DNA of 38,220 nt from Hormiphora californensis. Its lineage: Eukaryota > Animalia > Ctenophora. The notes below the pieces were generated by a model, which was given only the letters and a program-made list of their open reading frames with translations, had not been told where the DNA came from and did not search any database. Shown here in pieces: positions 1 through 14,029 of this stretch (its first letter is position 1; each line of letters starts with the position of its first letter). The stretch covers positions 1 through 38,220 of the forward strand of contig WFME01000016.1 in assembly GCA_020137815.1 (NCBI GenBank), read 5' to 3'. Made by a program: the position numbers and the translations under genes.

Positions 1-821
1 ACTTTAGGGCAACCCTAGGGGGAAAGGTTTTGTCCACTAAATCGGGGGTCCACTAAATCGGGGTGAAGCCCAATATTTACCCAAAAACCTATTTTATGCC
101 CACAATGATATACAATTTAAACTAGCCCTCTAACTTTATATGCAAGATTCTCGTATTGATGATGATCATTTCTTCGATTAAAATAACTCTTTTTCAAAAA
201 ATGTAAAAATTTTCCTAAGTTTACCACCGTCCGGTTTGTTTGTATTGTCGGAATCGTGTCACTTCCTGGCTTCCTGTCTATTAGCAGGGTTCAAACCGAA
301 CCGATACGTGATACCCTACCGAATCGGGCGCCCCTAACGGTGAGAAGTAACTAAAAATTTAAAATCCTTTTTCTCGTCAAATTTATGGGAGCAACCCGAT
401 CACAGCATTGCGATCGTGCTTAAAACTTTTCAAAAAAGTTATAATTTTTTAGAGTGTATACCGCCACTCCGAATCGTATTTCGAATCGGTTGCATCTTAT
501 CGCATGTCCTGCCTGCTAATTAGCGGCGTAGAATCGAACCGTGACTCCCCTCGAACGAAATTTTTACGCTGGACTTGGTGAACTTTTGATTCGTGGGCAC
601 CATGGGATCACGTTAATCGGTTCGTTTCCAACACCTCTACTTAGCGAAGGACATCGATATGCACCGATTCGAAACCGAATTCGGACCATGCTTTAAATCT
701 TTTAAAAATTTACAACCAATATTCTCCAAAAAAATTCAAAAAATTTTTGGGGAAAAAAATCCTGTTCCCTACAATCGGGTGTTCCCTAACTCGGGGGTCC
801 TAAATCGTGGTCCCGACTGTA
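1..821. mobile_element. Right part of a non-autonomous pogo/Tigger (Tc1-mariner)-like element
   Basis: Ends ..ctaaatcgtggtcccgactg|TA at 819-821; repeated ctaaatcgggg subterminal motifs at 37-63 and 768-810; same end type at 27820-27843. Confidence 0.55.
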
Positions 822-822
822 C

Positions 823-1406
823 GGCTTATTTTGAGTCCGAAAACTTTCTGGTTCGTTATTATCGCTCATTGAAAACGCCAATGGCCTAAATTGCCTTAAC
901 AAGGTTTGAAATTTTGGAGTTGGAACTCCAGACTTCGTACGATGTTCCGCTAAGATGCCAAATTGCACCAAAGTGGGACTCAGGCGCCACAATTCGTCCG
1001 AATTTTGCTAAGCACCGGATGGACAAATTTTGTCAGTGAAATGGCTCAAAAATCATTTTTTTTTGCTATTTGTGTCTTTCAATGTCACGTCGGAGAATGA
1101 AAAATCAAGTCACTTACGTAGTCATTTTTATCTCTTTCTGTCATCGTTTCAAGACCCCCTAATAAAACTTCTCTTCTTCAATGGTTCAGTAGCCGAAGTC
1201 ACGTGACCAAATTTAGATCCCGTGTCCTACGCAAAATTCGACAATTTGGGCCTGAGCGCCACTTTTTGGCATCTCTACTAAGTACTTGAGCGTTCCAACT
1301 CCCAAATTTCAAACCATTTTAAGGCATGTTTAGGCGGCGCATTGTTGGAGACTGTTTTCAATCTAGCAATATTTAACGACCAAAGTTTTCCGGACTCCAA
1401 AATGCG
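823..1406. mobile_element. Fold-back MITE with ~180-bp imperfect inverted arms
   Basis: 823-1008 is the diverged reverse complement of 1231-1406 (e.g. ggtttgaaattttggagttggaac / gttccaactcccaaatttcaaacc). Confidence 0.7.
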
Positions 1407-3234
1407 TCTTCTGTATCCCCGATTACCATATTTAGCATGGGAAGTTTCATCGAAATCGAGGTAGGGAGTTTTGCTTATCGACTCTACTACTCGTGTAATC
1501 GGGGTCGCAAGGAGCTCGTAACGCACTTTGCAGACTACTGAAAGTATGGAGCCGCGCAATCGTAGCCGAGATCTACGATCTTCTACCAGCGCATAGCTGA
1601 ATATATCGAACAATTGATCATATATATGATGGATCTAGAGGTTTGACAGGGCGTGCTGCAGTACGGGCACGGCTTACAAGACTGTGACTTGTAACAGACC
1701 TCTTTTTTGCTGACTATAGATTTGATAGCAATTTGATATACATGATTAAATTTATTCAGAAAGGATAAAGGACCTCACGGGCGGAGGAAGGCCAACCCCA
1801 GGGCGTGAGGCGTCCTCGCCCTCTGTGGTCAATAGAAAACATTTAGTTCTAAGCACCATGTGGCTGAAAATAAAATACAATCAAATTCTAAGAAAACATA
1901 TGTGTTCTTGTTCAACCATGTTATACTGTTTCAGGGAGCAACCAAACGGTACCGGTCCGAACCACGAGCAAACCGCTCTAAGCCCTTCCCCTCCCTACAA
2001 ACCAAGTGGGGCCTGGCTGGTTTCGAGCGTCCAACCTGGACACGCTAGGCCGTAATATACTGGATCGCCGGAAATATCTTCGGGTGCCATACACCCTAGG
2101 TGCACAATATGTTAAATAATTAGATTTTATTGTATAGTTAGTTTCATCTTCACTGGTTCTAGTCTGGCTGTATGGCGGCGCACATACCCCCCCTGTGATG
2201 GCAGTGCGATCAATGGGGTCGGCCGCGCAAGTCAGATCTTGGTATATATTCTCAGAATACTCGCTCATTCATTGATTTTATTAAAATATGCGTTATTACA
2301 ATTATTTACAACACTCTTATTTTTCAGGACGATGAGACGGATTCTGGAGGTGTAAATTGTTTCAACATCAACCTCAAGCGAGCTGGATAGAGTGGACCTG
2401 GATGTCTCCATCCACCCCGATATTGTTGAACCGACCTCTACAATAACATGTTACAACTCTGCTGTAGAAGTAAGATAACTCAAAACCCGGCATTCTAATA
2501 ACTGCAACTGTTGCCGGAATTTTCAATGGACAGTAAAGTGCATGTTACTCTTATTTGTAGTCATTGGTGTTCACCTAGAGTTTATGGAACTGCGGATCGA
2601 AAAAATAAGACTAATTACTTTTTGGTGAATTACTCGTTAGTGAGATATCAAATGTTCGCAAAAGCAAGCTTCCTCCCCTCGTCCGACCGAAGTTGGAAAT
2701 CAATATGGGTTAGTTTGTCGAACCGCAGTTGCTAACATTTTCAAATCTTCACTACTTCTCAATGAGCCCATACTTTCAGTCTAATCCCAAAATCATATTA
2801 AGATAGACAAAAATACGGCACCAACATGTGAAATCGCCTTGCATTAGTGCGAGTAGAATATAAATCATTTTTCTTCTAAAGGCGCGAGTTTTATAGCAAG
2901 AAAGGACTATAAGTTACAACGAATCTCTGGTTGTATGGTAACACTAACTTCCGTTGTCAGGTAAATCAATCGACTCCTACGAGTTCTATCGCCAGCAATG
3001 GATAAACATGTTATCCATTTCATTATGCACAATGCCCAGGCTTTGGTTACGAAGTTCCCCCTTGCCAGCGTGTGCACGGCGAAGTGTCGCCCGGCGACAG
3101 AGTTGGAGGTGTCTTCGATCACAGCACAGGCTTGTTGTAAAAAAAGGGGCGTTTTTATAGCTTATTGTTTCCAAGCATAACCTGAACTAAATAATTTTCC
3201 ATTACTTTCAACAAAGGCTCAAAGTTTGAATATC

Positions 3235-3900
3235 AATTTGGCAAACATTGTGCATGGGCCACCCCAATTACTCTCTAGTATTAATTATTATTTTGACTAT
3301 TCCACCGTGGAATCCCACTTCTCTGTAGATTATATTTATAATGTTTTATGCCATAAGAACTTCCTAGAAATTTTCAATGTCGATATTTTAGCATGAACGG
3401 AAAATATAATTTAGTGCATGGGCAAACAAATGGGTCAAGGGGGCACATGTTCAGCAGCGGGAAATTTGCCACAAATTGTGCAGGGGCAAATTTAATTAAT
3501 TTGCCTATAATTATTACCCTATTGATATATTACTCAATACGGCTCTTCTAGTACTCGTAGTTATGCTACTAGAACATGCATAAAATTTTCGTGTCAATAT
3601 TAACGGTGTGGACACGTTCGATCAGAAAATTGGTGGCAAGGCTGCCCTTGCACCAGTTGCCCTTGCACATTGCCTGCCCTTAGCACCAAATTCCATTTTT
3701 TGCACGGCTTAACTACCTAATAATTAATTTTGACTATTCCCACTTTCGAACATCATCCTTTAATGATTGAGAACATCCTACAAAGTTTCTCAAGTCGATA
3801 TTTTAAGCAGAACGGAAAATAGAATTTGGTGCAAGGGGCGGTGCAAGGGACTAACACGCAATGTGCAGGGCATGGTGCCCTGCACCTTTTTTATATTACC
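3235..3900. repeat. Diverged modular repeat (direct and inverted units), probably a non-autonomous transposon interior
   Basis: ttttgactattcc and gtcgatattt..gaacggaaaata..aattt.gtgca blocks recur at ~3290-3420 and ~3728-3835. Confidence 0.5.
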
Positions 3901-4033
3901 TATAATTAATTAATTAATTAAAAATTTAAATCCGCCCAACGTCTGACACAAAGGAATACTACAAACATGCCTACAAAATTCAAGTCCGATATCTCAAACG
4001 GTGTGTTCCACTCGTTGACATGTTTTTTTTGCC

Positions 4034-4073
<40 letters not shown>

Positions 4074-4295
4074 AAAAAGACCTTTCTTTGTTCTTATAGG
4101 CCGGCATTTTGGGTTTTTGTGGCGGGGCAAAAATTTTTTTTCGTTTTTTTTTTTTCGTTTTTTTTTGCTGTTTTCTTCGGGTCGGAGGTCCTGCCGGCAC
4201 CTAATGATAAATATAGTTTAGTTTAGAAGCTTCTCCGCGGCAATAAGGAGAACTACTGTATAAGGAGAACTACTGTATAATGGGGGGGGGGGAAC

Positions 4296-4327
4296 AGTCG
4301 TGCCTGAACCTGAGTTCAGGCACGACT
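4296..4327. other. Perfect 14-bp stem hairpin agtcgtgcctgaac-ctga-gttcaggcacgact
   Basis: Seen directly; preceded by a 17-bp tandem duplication at 4244-4277. Confidence 0.85.
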
Positions 4328-4859
4328 ATTTCCCCATGGCACGGCTACAAGAATTGGGCCTTGCAAACAGACCTCTTTATTCGGTCCCTTCGCCAACGTT
4401 TCCCTGGAAGGGCCTTCGGGCTCTTCCAGGGAAACGTTAATGTCACCGGTAGCCAAAGAAACAAAACAAGACGTAAATGTAGGACCTAAACTGTAGGGTG
4501 GTCTCAATTTACAACACGGAACACCTGGTGTTTATTATAATATGATACTCGCTAGAAAAGAGCAAGGTAAGATTCGAACCACGGACCTTGAGAGTGAAAT
4601 GCGGGTATGCATCACTCGACCACCAGGTGTTACTAAAAATAGATTTAGGTCCAAAAAATGGACCCGTTTCCCCAGCACAACGTAGAAATTTTATCCTTTT
4701 GAAACCCGTATGTAGAGGTGTGAATAGAATGGAAAACCAACTTTCCACTGAGACATTGGAAATTTAAAGAGAGAGAAAAATAATGTAGGTGTGAGATCAC
4801 GCGATTGCGTGAACCAAAGACATCCTTTAAAAAGCCCTTCCCTCCACCTAGCCATAACC

Positions 4860-5585
4860 ATGCCGTAAATCAAATGTATTATTGTGAAGATCGAAGATAA
4901 GAAGAAGACCAAATCTTATAGGTAAGCACCTGTCAGAATGATCTGTATTGTGATGCTCAGTTTTGTTTACAATCAATTATCACCTCCCTAACCAATGCTA
5001 ACCACCGCTTCTCTTATATTCAGGAAGGCAACTATGGACTCTGGAAGTCTAGTTTGTTTTGACCCAACGGTGGTCTTGCCCATTTAGGGCAAACGTTGAC
5101 GTTAGTCCTCAAGAAGGTATCGAAGGGACAGAGGCCTAGCGTGATTTTGGTAAGTCCTGAGGTGAGCGGTTATTTAATGTTTAGCTAGTTACTTACTCAA
5201 TGCCAAAACCCGCTAATAGCTATATGTTTATATCGCATTCGGAAGTTATTACATATTGAAATTTGTATTTATTGACTCCTTAACGAAATAGGAAGAAATT
5301 TTGTTTTGGTACCTACCCCCTTACATTAATTTAACGTTCATAGTTTGCTGTTTGAAGTGTTTTCTCTCACACTCCCTTTTCTTTCTTTTTATATAGGAAA
5401 ATACAAGGATCTACTGACAACGGTAAAGATCCAATGAAAAAACGATAACATAGGTCAAACCAATCATACGATCAAATCAGAAAAATTCTAATGATGAACA
5501 GTTGAGAAGACTTGAATCAAGATTAAAACTTCTGGAAAAGGAAAACTCGGAGTTGAAGAAGAATGAGCAGTTGTACAATGCAACG
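4860..5585 (+). pseudogene. Possible decayed spliced gene fragment; last exon coiled-coil-like (NSNDEQLRRLESRLKLLEKENSELKKNEQLYNAT)
   Basis: Donor gtaag at 4922, cag acceptor ~5023, donor gtaagt ~5150, tag acceptor ~5397, donor gttag 5586; stops and frameshifts in each segment. Confidence 0.35.
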
Positions 5586-5777
5586 GTTAGTCCCTGGAAA
5601 AAATTCACGACGTTCATCTCCAAATTATAATAGAGATTATCTGTCATATTATCACTAATTAGTTATAACTGGTTGGTCACGTGACTTAGTAGAGCTCTAA
5701 ATGTGTACCACGTTTTTAGGTGGCGTCAAAGTTTTATCTACTACTAGGACGTAACAAGGCGGAGGAGGCCGCCCCAG

Positions 5778-5862
5778 GACGCATTATAGACGCACCATAG
5801 ACGCATTATAGACGCAGTATAGACACACGCAATATAGACGGACTACGTGGTACTGCGTCTAT
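5778..5862. repeat. Short tandem array of ~11-bp (ta)tagacgca units with one inverted copy
   Basis: gacgcattata gacgcaccata gacgcattata gacgcagtata ... tgcgtctata. Confidence 0.75.
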
Positions 5863-6219
5863 AGTGCGATGCCCGCCAAATCGCAAATTGCCAATAGTGG
5901 GTATGTTATAACATACCACTAAATTAGTCAGTTAACATGGACCCCATATGGACCCATCATTTTCCCTGTTTGCTACCGTAAGTTTTCACCCACTAACATC
6001 ATTACTGACACCCACTCCCATGATGTTACACACTACAATCAGTTATACGTGCTAATTTTCAATTTCCTTCCTCCCTCCTCCTCCTCCCATATGCATATAT
6101 GCATATAGTATATTCCTATGCTAAAATATTATCATTTTCAGAATGTGACAGTAATATGACCACCGTCTGGATCATATCCTCCGCCATGGTACTACACAGC
6201 AGCTCCTCCTCCGCCATGG

Positions 6220-7700
6220 ACTACCCCAGCTCCCCCTCCCCCCCACCCCCCCACCCCCCCCACCCCCCAAGGCCACCCCCCCCTGCAGCCACCCCACCTG
6301 CAGCCACCCACCCCTCCCAAGCCCATCCCCCCCCCCTGCAGCCCCCCCACCTGCACCCAAACCCCCCCCTTCACCACCCCCCCTTAGCCACCCCACCTGC
6401 AGCCCCCCCCATGCACCCCCACCTGCACCCCAACCCCACCTGCAGCCCCCCCCACCGGGCACCCAAACCCCCCCTTCACCCACCCCCCTGCACCACCCCA
6501 CCTGAAAGCCACCCCACCTCACCACCCCCCTGCCCCCCCCCCTGCAGCCACCCCCCCCCTGAAACCACCCCCCCCTGCACCCACCCCACCTCAGCCCCCC
6601 CCCCCTTTCACCCACCCCCCTGCAGAAACCCACCCAGCCACCCCCCCCTTTCAAAGCCACCCCCCCTTAAAGCCCCCCCCCTTTCCAAAAACCCCCCCTT
6701 TCACCCCCCCCCAACCTTTAAACCACCCCCCTCAGCCACCCCCCTTCCCCACCCCCCCTTCCGCCCCCCCCAACCTTCAGCCACCCCACCGCAGAAACCC
6801 CCCCTTCACCCCCCACCTGTAGCCACCCCCCCTTTATCAGCCACCCCCCCTTTCAAAACCCCCTACACCCCACCCCACCTGACCCACCCCCCCTTTCACC
6901 CCCCACCTTAAACCCCCCCACGCAGCCACCCCACCTGCAAGCCCCCCCCCCTTGCACCCCCCCACCCTTCACCACCCCCCCTTTCCGCCACCCCCCCTTT
7001 CACCCCCCCCCACCTCACCCCCCCCCCCCCCCCCCCCCCCGCCCCCCCCACCACCCCCCCATGAAACCACCCCCCCTTTCATATCCACCCCCCCAGCCCC
7101 CCCCTGCAGCCACCCCCTTTTTTTCCCCCAGCCCCCCCAAACCTTTCAGCCCCCCCAAACCTGCCCCCACCCCCCCTTTAAACCCCCCACCCCCCCCCCC
7201 CCTTCAGCCCAAACCCCACCTGCAGCCACCCCACCTGCACCACCCCACCCTTCAGCCAAACCCCACCTCCCGCCCCCCATTTCACACCCCCAACCTTCAG
7301 CCCCCCCCCTTCACCCCCCCCCAAACATGCAGAAAGCCCCCACCCCCCCTTTCAGCCACCCCCCCCTTCACCCATCCCCCCCACCTTCACCGCCACCCCC
7401 CCTTTTCCCACCCCCCTTCATCCACCCCCCTCACCACCCCCCCCCTGCACCACCCCCCCTCACCCCCCCCCCTTCCCACCCCCCCCTTCAGAGCCACCCC
7501 CCCTTCAGACCCCCCCCCTGCACCACCCCCCTCCCACCCCCCCCCCTTTCGCCACCCCCCTTCGCCCCCCAAACATGTTCCCCAACCCCAAACCTTTCAG
7601 CCCCCCACCTCCCAGCCCCCCCACCTTCCCCCCCCCACCTGCACCCCCCCCCCCACCCTACTCCACCGCCTCACCCAAACCCTTTTTCCAGCCCGCTCGA
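6220..7700 (+). repeat. C-rich degenerate ~15-bp tandem repeat (ccacctgcagccacc / ccaccttcagccacc); possibly Pro/Ala/Thr-rich coding repeat
   Basis: cacctgcagcc and ccttcagccacc recur many times amid poly-C runs. Confidence 0.7.
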
Positions 7701-9112
7701 AAAACCCCCACTATGTTTTATGGGGGCCAGACATTCTCTTTTAGTTTAAAAAATATAAGGGAATTTTAAAATAGATTTATGATTTTTTACCCTTTTAAAA
7801 TGGTGCAGGGACCCAAAAAGTCAACAAACTATTTTTTTTTCAGACGAACAGCTGGAACTCTGACCATAGGAATCACCTGGCCATAGGAGACTGGAGCCCC
7901 TGCCTAGAGACCCATCTGGCCTAAGCCTCTAGGGGGGGAAAATCAAAGGCTAAGGGGACCTGATTTACCCCACCATCTGAAAGCAATAACACAAATACGG
8001 TTAAACGAAAAAAGCACTACACAAAAAAAATGAGAGAAAGGCCGGGGAGGGAGCGAGAGAAAAAAAATCTTTTTGGATAAACTTCCGTATTTTTTGTAAT
8101 TGTTAGGTAAACCGGCCCTCTCCCCCCTTCTCCGGGCCTTCTCAAATTTCCACCATTTTTGAAAATATCTCAAATCTACCAAGTCCCCCCACCCCGCTAC
8201 TGTAAAGATCAGCAAAAAAAAGGCCCACTACCCAACCACCACCGACAAACATTCCCAAATAAATAAACCATTCATTTTATTGGGGTTTTTAAATTTTTCT
8301 TTCTTCTTGAGTTGGTTTTGGTCCATGGCGGTTTTCTTTTTTTTTTCCCTTAGCTGGGGTCACCTTTCTACTTTTTTTCCCTTTCCCCCGGTATCCCTTC
8401 CATTTAGTTGTATGTGTCTTGTCTTTATCGTTCTTCTTCTAGTTTTACCCCCGGCCGGGGAATGGACTTAGGGGGGAAGTTGGTTTTTGGTGTTTGTCTA
8501 GTTTTTTTTAACTATTTTCCCCCCCTTTTATTTATTTTTACTCCCTAGTTTTGGGGTAACATTTTTCCCGGGGAGCACTTCCCTGCTGGGGAAAGGGGAA
8601 AGGCCCAAATCACTCCCCCGGGACCGGCAGAGTTTTTCTGTGGAATGAGAGGGGGTGTTCAGGGGCCTTTCCCCTATTTGGGGGGCGTTTTGCCCGGGGT
8701 CAGGACTGCTTTTGTTCTCCCAAAATAGGGAGAGGGGGGGGGGTTTCCGGGGTCTTTGGGGAGGCAGCGGGGGGCTTTTTGGGATATTTTTTGGGTTTGG
8801 GGTTGGATGGGGTTTTGGTTTTGTCTTTCCCCCCCTCGCCCGGGTCCTGTAAGGGTACACAAATTCACCATACCACCCAATCAGGTCAAACCCAAGGGAA
8901 AGAAAGGGAAAACCGTAATTATCAAAAATCTTACCCCCCTTTTTGCTAGGGATTTCATTTGCGGGCTTTTCTCCCGATAAGGACGGAAAGTTCCCTCCCC
9001 CACACTACCCCCAACTATAAATTTCTTCAGGTTCCTGAACTCGGTAAGGCTCTTCAAAATAGCAAAGCCCCCCTCCCCATTTTTCATGCACCCAAATTTC
9101 CCCCTCCCCCCT

Positions 9113-9287
9113 CTTCGCTCGCTCTATCTCTTCTTCTATCTTCTCTCTCTCTCTCCCTCTCTCTCCCCCCTTTTCTCTCTCTCTCTCTCGCTAGGGGCAG
9201 ATGCCTGTTGATGGAGCCAGCCGGGTTTATATCTTTTTATGTAGGGCCCTCTCTCTCTCTCCCCCTCTCTCTCTCTCTCTCTCTCTC
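9113..9287. repeat. (CT)n microsatellite, interrupted
   Basis: Seen directly. Confidence 0.85.
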
Positions 9288-12200
9288 GGGGATCCTATTA
9301 CCCTTGTATTTCATCCTTTCGGGTTCGTGACCTTTTGGGGTTTTAAAAAATTCCCTTCCGGTCTCACATTTCTCACTCACCCTTTTCCCCATTCTTTCTC
9401 CTTTAGTTCCCGGGATATCCCCCCCTTAACCCCCCTTTTCTTTTGATAGGGCCCCAAATTAGCGGGGGGGTGTGCTTATTTCACCCCCTTGCCTTGCCCA
9501 AACCCTTCCTCTGTCTCTCGCCCTCCCCCAAACCCTCTCCTCCCCCCCTTTTTTCCCTTTTTTTTTCTGTTTAAAATAAAGCCCCACTCTTTTTTTCCCC
9601 CCCAAAACCAAATTTTACCCACCTGGTTGGGCAGGGGTTTAAACGGGGCCTATCAAATTTGGTTTGGCTCGATTGGGGGGGGGAATCTAAACTTCCTACC
9701 CATTCCTAGAACAGTATCCATGAAATTTTTGGGGAAACCTAGGGGCTCACCCCCCCTCCCCCCCACCCCATAGTATTAACCTTTGCCCTCACGATAAATG
9801 TCACTAAATATCTTTTTCCGCCCCCTTTTAAAATCCCTGCATCATTTTCCGGGGTTTGGGTAGGAAAATATAGACATAAGTTGTTTTAAAGGTCGAAAAA
9901 GGGGGAACCTACACAACCCTCCCCTCCTTGATTTCCCATCCCCTCCCTTTCCCCAAACCCCCTCCCCTTCACCCCCCCCCTCCAAACCAAATCTGCCCAG
10001 AGGATCTCGCTAGGGGGGGGCCCCCTTTTCCCCGGATTCTACCCCCTCCAGTTCGTTTCTGCCCTAAAACCTATCACAGGGGGCCCAAACGCCCCATTTG
10101 AGCCCGGTGCCCAAAAACCACGACTTTAAACTTTTTTTTTGAAAAAAATGCCCTGCATTTTACCCGAGATTTTTAAACATACATTTGGGGTTAAGGGGTG
10201 AGTCAGACGTCCCGGGTTTTTGAGAAAAACGGGGTTTCCAACAAGGTCAGCGTTGAGAGCTTTACTTTTTTAGGAAACCCCCCAACGAGAGGTTTTATTA
10301 CCAAAAAAAGGGGGGAAAAAGCCCCAGAGGAAGAAAAAAAAAAAAAAAAAAAGATCTCTAATCTCCTTCCCCTCGAGGTAAACCATTAAATGGGGAGAAA
10401 GTTTAAAGGGAAGTGTGAGGGGGGCGGGAGAATTGTTTAAGTTCCTAACCCTCCTTAAAAGGGTTTTAAAAAGGCCAGGCCCGCGCCACCGGGTTTTGGC
10501 CATAGCAACGAAAATCGTCCACGAAAATTTGGGTAAACGCCCCGCCCTAAATCCAAATTTGTCCCCCAGCTGCAGGTGGTTTTTGGGGTTTACCTCCCCA
10601 ACAAACGGCTAGTATTACTATTATAGTGGGCAAACTTGTTATTAGTGGGGACACGTAGTGATCGAATTTTTTTAATAGCCGCTGAATGATAACATAGGCG
10701 GTAAAGCTCCAATATAACCCCTGATCCCACCTCTCTCAAACGTCGAAAGGGGAAAATTACCGGGTTTCCAAAATGCCCTCGAAAACCCCCTGACCCCAAT
10801 TATGGTCGGCCACCTTTTATGATTTTTGCCCACCCCCCATGATACCAAAAGTTGGGGCCTTTAACCTCAGGTTCACTGTTCAGGCATGACTGTTTTCCCC
10901 CATAGAATGGAAACGAAATAATTTTGGATTTTAGAATGCTGTTTGCCAAGTTCGAAATTACAGAATTTCTTTCAAAAATGGGTCCGTTCTCTATTCTAAT
11001 TTTTTACCTCATTTTTTGGGTTTTCACGTCCAATTTAAAAAACCCAATCAAACCCTCTTATTTGGGTCACGTGACTGGTTATAAAACCAAAATCAGGGAC
11101 CAGTTTTTTCCTGATTCGTACGCCCCCAAAAGGGGGTTTTTCCCAGCCCCTGGTGACCTCAACAAAGCGTACACTTCTCGGGTTTTGAATTCACATTTGT
11201 GGGTTTCCCGGTCAGCCGGCGGGGGATCTAAAACGAAAAACCGTTTTTTCCCTGAAATTTTTTTATTGTTTTAGAAAAATAACTTTCCCGATTGTCCTTT
11301 CATCTGACTGTTTCCCTACCCATTACTACCCAACGCAAGCTGCGTTAGGCGGTGTAAATGTGAAACGTGAAAATTACCCCCTTTTGTATTTTAAAGTTAA
11401 TATCCCCAAAAAGTATCCCCTCAAATGAGAGCGCCCACTCTCTCCAGGAATCACCTTGTACCAGTTGACATGTTCACTCAATGCATTCCCCAGCTTAAAG
11501 GGGGTTTACAGGGTATATCAAAAGCACAGGGGAGGGGAGGGAGGGGAGGGTGGGGGAAACCCATAAAACGGTGACCAGGGGTGCAGTAATTTTTTTTATA
11601 GACTAAAATGCGGGGGTTAAAAGAATTGGTACATTTTGGGGAAGGGGATGCAGATGTCCCTTGGGTACGGGGAAAAACTTTTGGTGACTATAACATTTTG
11701 TGCGAATCGAATCTGATCGATCTCACACGAGGCGAGAATCTGATCGCAATGGTACCACTTATATAGGGACACATACATGGCGATTGCATAGATCACAATT
11801 TACTCACGTTGGTAAGTTTAACTTTGCATTGCACTTCAACTCCCCCCCCGACGGGAATTTTTTGGCAAATTTGGGGCTTTTTTTATAATTGACAATTTGG
11901 GGGCTCCCCCCCTAAAGGGAAAAAATGACTTGTTTTTAAAGTAAAACGTACATCTCATGAATTATAAATACCGGGGACGAAAAATGTAAATTTACCTACC
12001 CTGTTTAAACGGGAAATTTCCCAAATTTTGAAACTCCATCGCCAGTCTTTCCTCTCTAGGAACCGGGGGCCCCTCGTAATAACCAGAAATCCTAGTTTGG
12101 AATAAACAAAATAATTAAGTTTATTGGATTCATCAACGATTCAAAGATGGCGCTGCCCGGATTAAGGTAAAGTATAAAAACTTTTAAATGTTTTTGTTAT

Positions 12201-14029
12201 TCATCGAAAAGTTTTATTGAAAAAATTAGGCACTACTAAAGAGGAATCCCCCTGGGGCCCTTTTTTCCGGAAAATGGGTTTCTCAGATCCCACCCAACCC
12301 CATCTTTGGAAAAACCATATTTCCTTTTTTCCTTAAAACTCTTTCTTCGACACCCCTTTGATCTGTGTGGGTGTAGTAAAGTTTTTAGGATTTGGTAGTT
12401 TTTTTAGGACTTTTTAAATTAAAATTTAAGCTATCAAACCGTTTAAAAGGTTTTTTAAATTGGTACCCCACCATAATTTTTGGGGTGTTACCCCGTATAG
12501 CCGGGCCTCTTTCCTTTCCCCCCCGACAAAATTAAACAACTTTAAAACTGATAAAACCTCCCTTCAGAGGACTGGACACTGCAGTTCCATGGGGCCCTGC
12601 GCATTGGTTTTACCACTTTGTTAGTAAAACTCCTATGGGATAATGAAAATTACCCTATGTGTTATACCCCCTCCTGGGAAATTAGATCAAATTTAAATTT
12701 TTTAAAAGCTAGCCCCAGAATTCCATTTAATAAATTTTTAAAATTGTCCCACAACATTTCATTTATCCAGTTCATAACTATGTTAGCTATTGCTAAAAGG
12801 TTATGGGTTCCCATCTAGGGGGGTTAGGGGTGCCATCTGGGTTTTTGGGAATTACCCCCCGTGGTCTGCAGGGTTTTGTCAGACCTCATCGATATCAAAC
12901 GAAAACCTGTTTTTCCCAGGGGCCTCGTCCCCATCGGCACACCCAAAATAAACCAGATGACCATCCCTCCCAAGTAAAAGTTTAAAACTGTACTTTTAAA
13001 AGGGTAGCGCTATTTGGGCTTTTTAAAAATGGCGGCTAATTTGAAACACCCCCCCCTACGCCATCCCACCCACTTATCCCGGGTTTGGGCCCTTTTCCTA
13101 AATGAGTCTTTATAAAACCGCCCTTTTTGGCCAAAAATCTCTAGCTCTTTTTTTCTAAATTTAATTATAAGTATATTGAAAATCCTGAACTATGTTGCTA
13201 AAAGTAAAGGGGTTTCCCCATATTTTCCCTGAAAAAATTTTTGGGAGAAAAATCACAAATGAAACTCCCCTAAACTTTGGGGAACTCGCCCAAATTTCCC
13301 TCCAAAATTTAAAATTAATCCAACCCCTCGCCCCTAACCCAAACCCATTTCCCCTATATTTAAATTAATCTTTAAAATTAATTTAAACCATTACCTTTCA
13401 TTAAATTTAAAGCGGTTCTCAGGGTTTTGTTATGTTTCTCTACTTACTTTTTGGACACGTATCCACCAACAACACCCTCTTTAAACTTCCCTCCACATTC
13501 TCAAACCCAATCTCCATTTCCCCCACGGGGTTAAACTGGGCCCCTCATCAATATCCTTCCCGGTTATAAACCATCAAACAAAACCCCCCGCTTTTCCGCA
13601 ACTACCCCTGTATTTTTGGGTTCCATTCTAAATTCCTTCTCCTCGACCGGCGGGAAAGAAAATTTGTAGTTAGTTTTTACCATGGAAACTATGGGAAACA
13701 CACTTACGGGGTTTCCTTTCTCAAGGGCACCTCCCTCGCCGCAGCTGAAAGGGGGGTGGGGAAGAAAAGGGGAGACTGGTTTTTTTTTTTATATATTTGA
13801 TGATTTTTGGGCCCAAAATTTAAAGCCCATTTTAGCCGTAGGTGGGAATAAAGTTTAATAGTAGATACCAAAAGGGGCATGGGTAAAAAGGCTTTATGGG
13901 TATTCGGGTTTCCCGCCACAGGGATTCGGGAATGTCAGGTGCACCGACTGTAACATCTCGCACGCCGCCGAATTCTGATATTTGGAAAAGCGGGCATATT
14001 CCTACCAAATATATGAATTAAGAACGATC

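Noticed and set aside
1666-1702. gcacggcttacaag..acagacctc motif also seen at ~4339-4375
   Set aside because: Short dispersed repeat fragment that cannot be classified
2328-2469. Plus-strand exon-like segment between ttttcag and gtaag
   Set aside because: Stops in all three frames; only faint similarity to 5024-5150
2907-3181. Possible minus-strand terminal exon (QACAVIEDTSNS..TKAWALC)
   Set aside because: In-frame stop near the acceptor and no recognisable motif
3918-4226. Poly-Pro and poly-Gly ORFs
   Set aside because: Produced by a long C homopolymer in low-quality sequence
6099-7749. Long Pro-rich and Gly-rich ORFs in several frames
   Set aside because: Poly-C repeats lack stop codons in any frame; the translations are unreliable
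13880-13975. Possible EGF exon (..PNPCGG..) after a cag
   Set aside because: Phase does not fit the 14147 donor, and the segment contains tacagtcgg, the pogo-like terminus seen elsewhere
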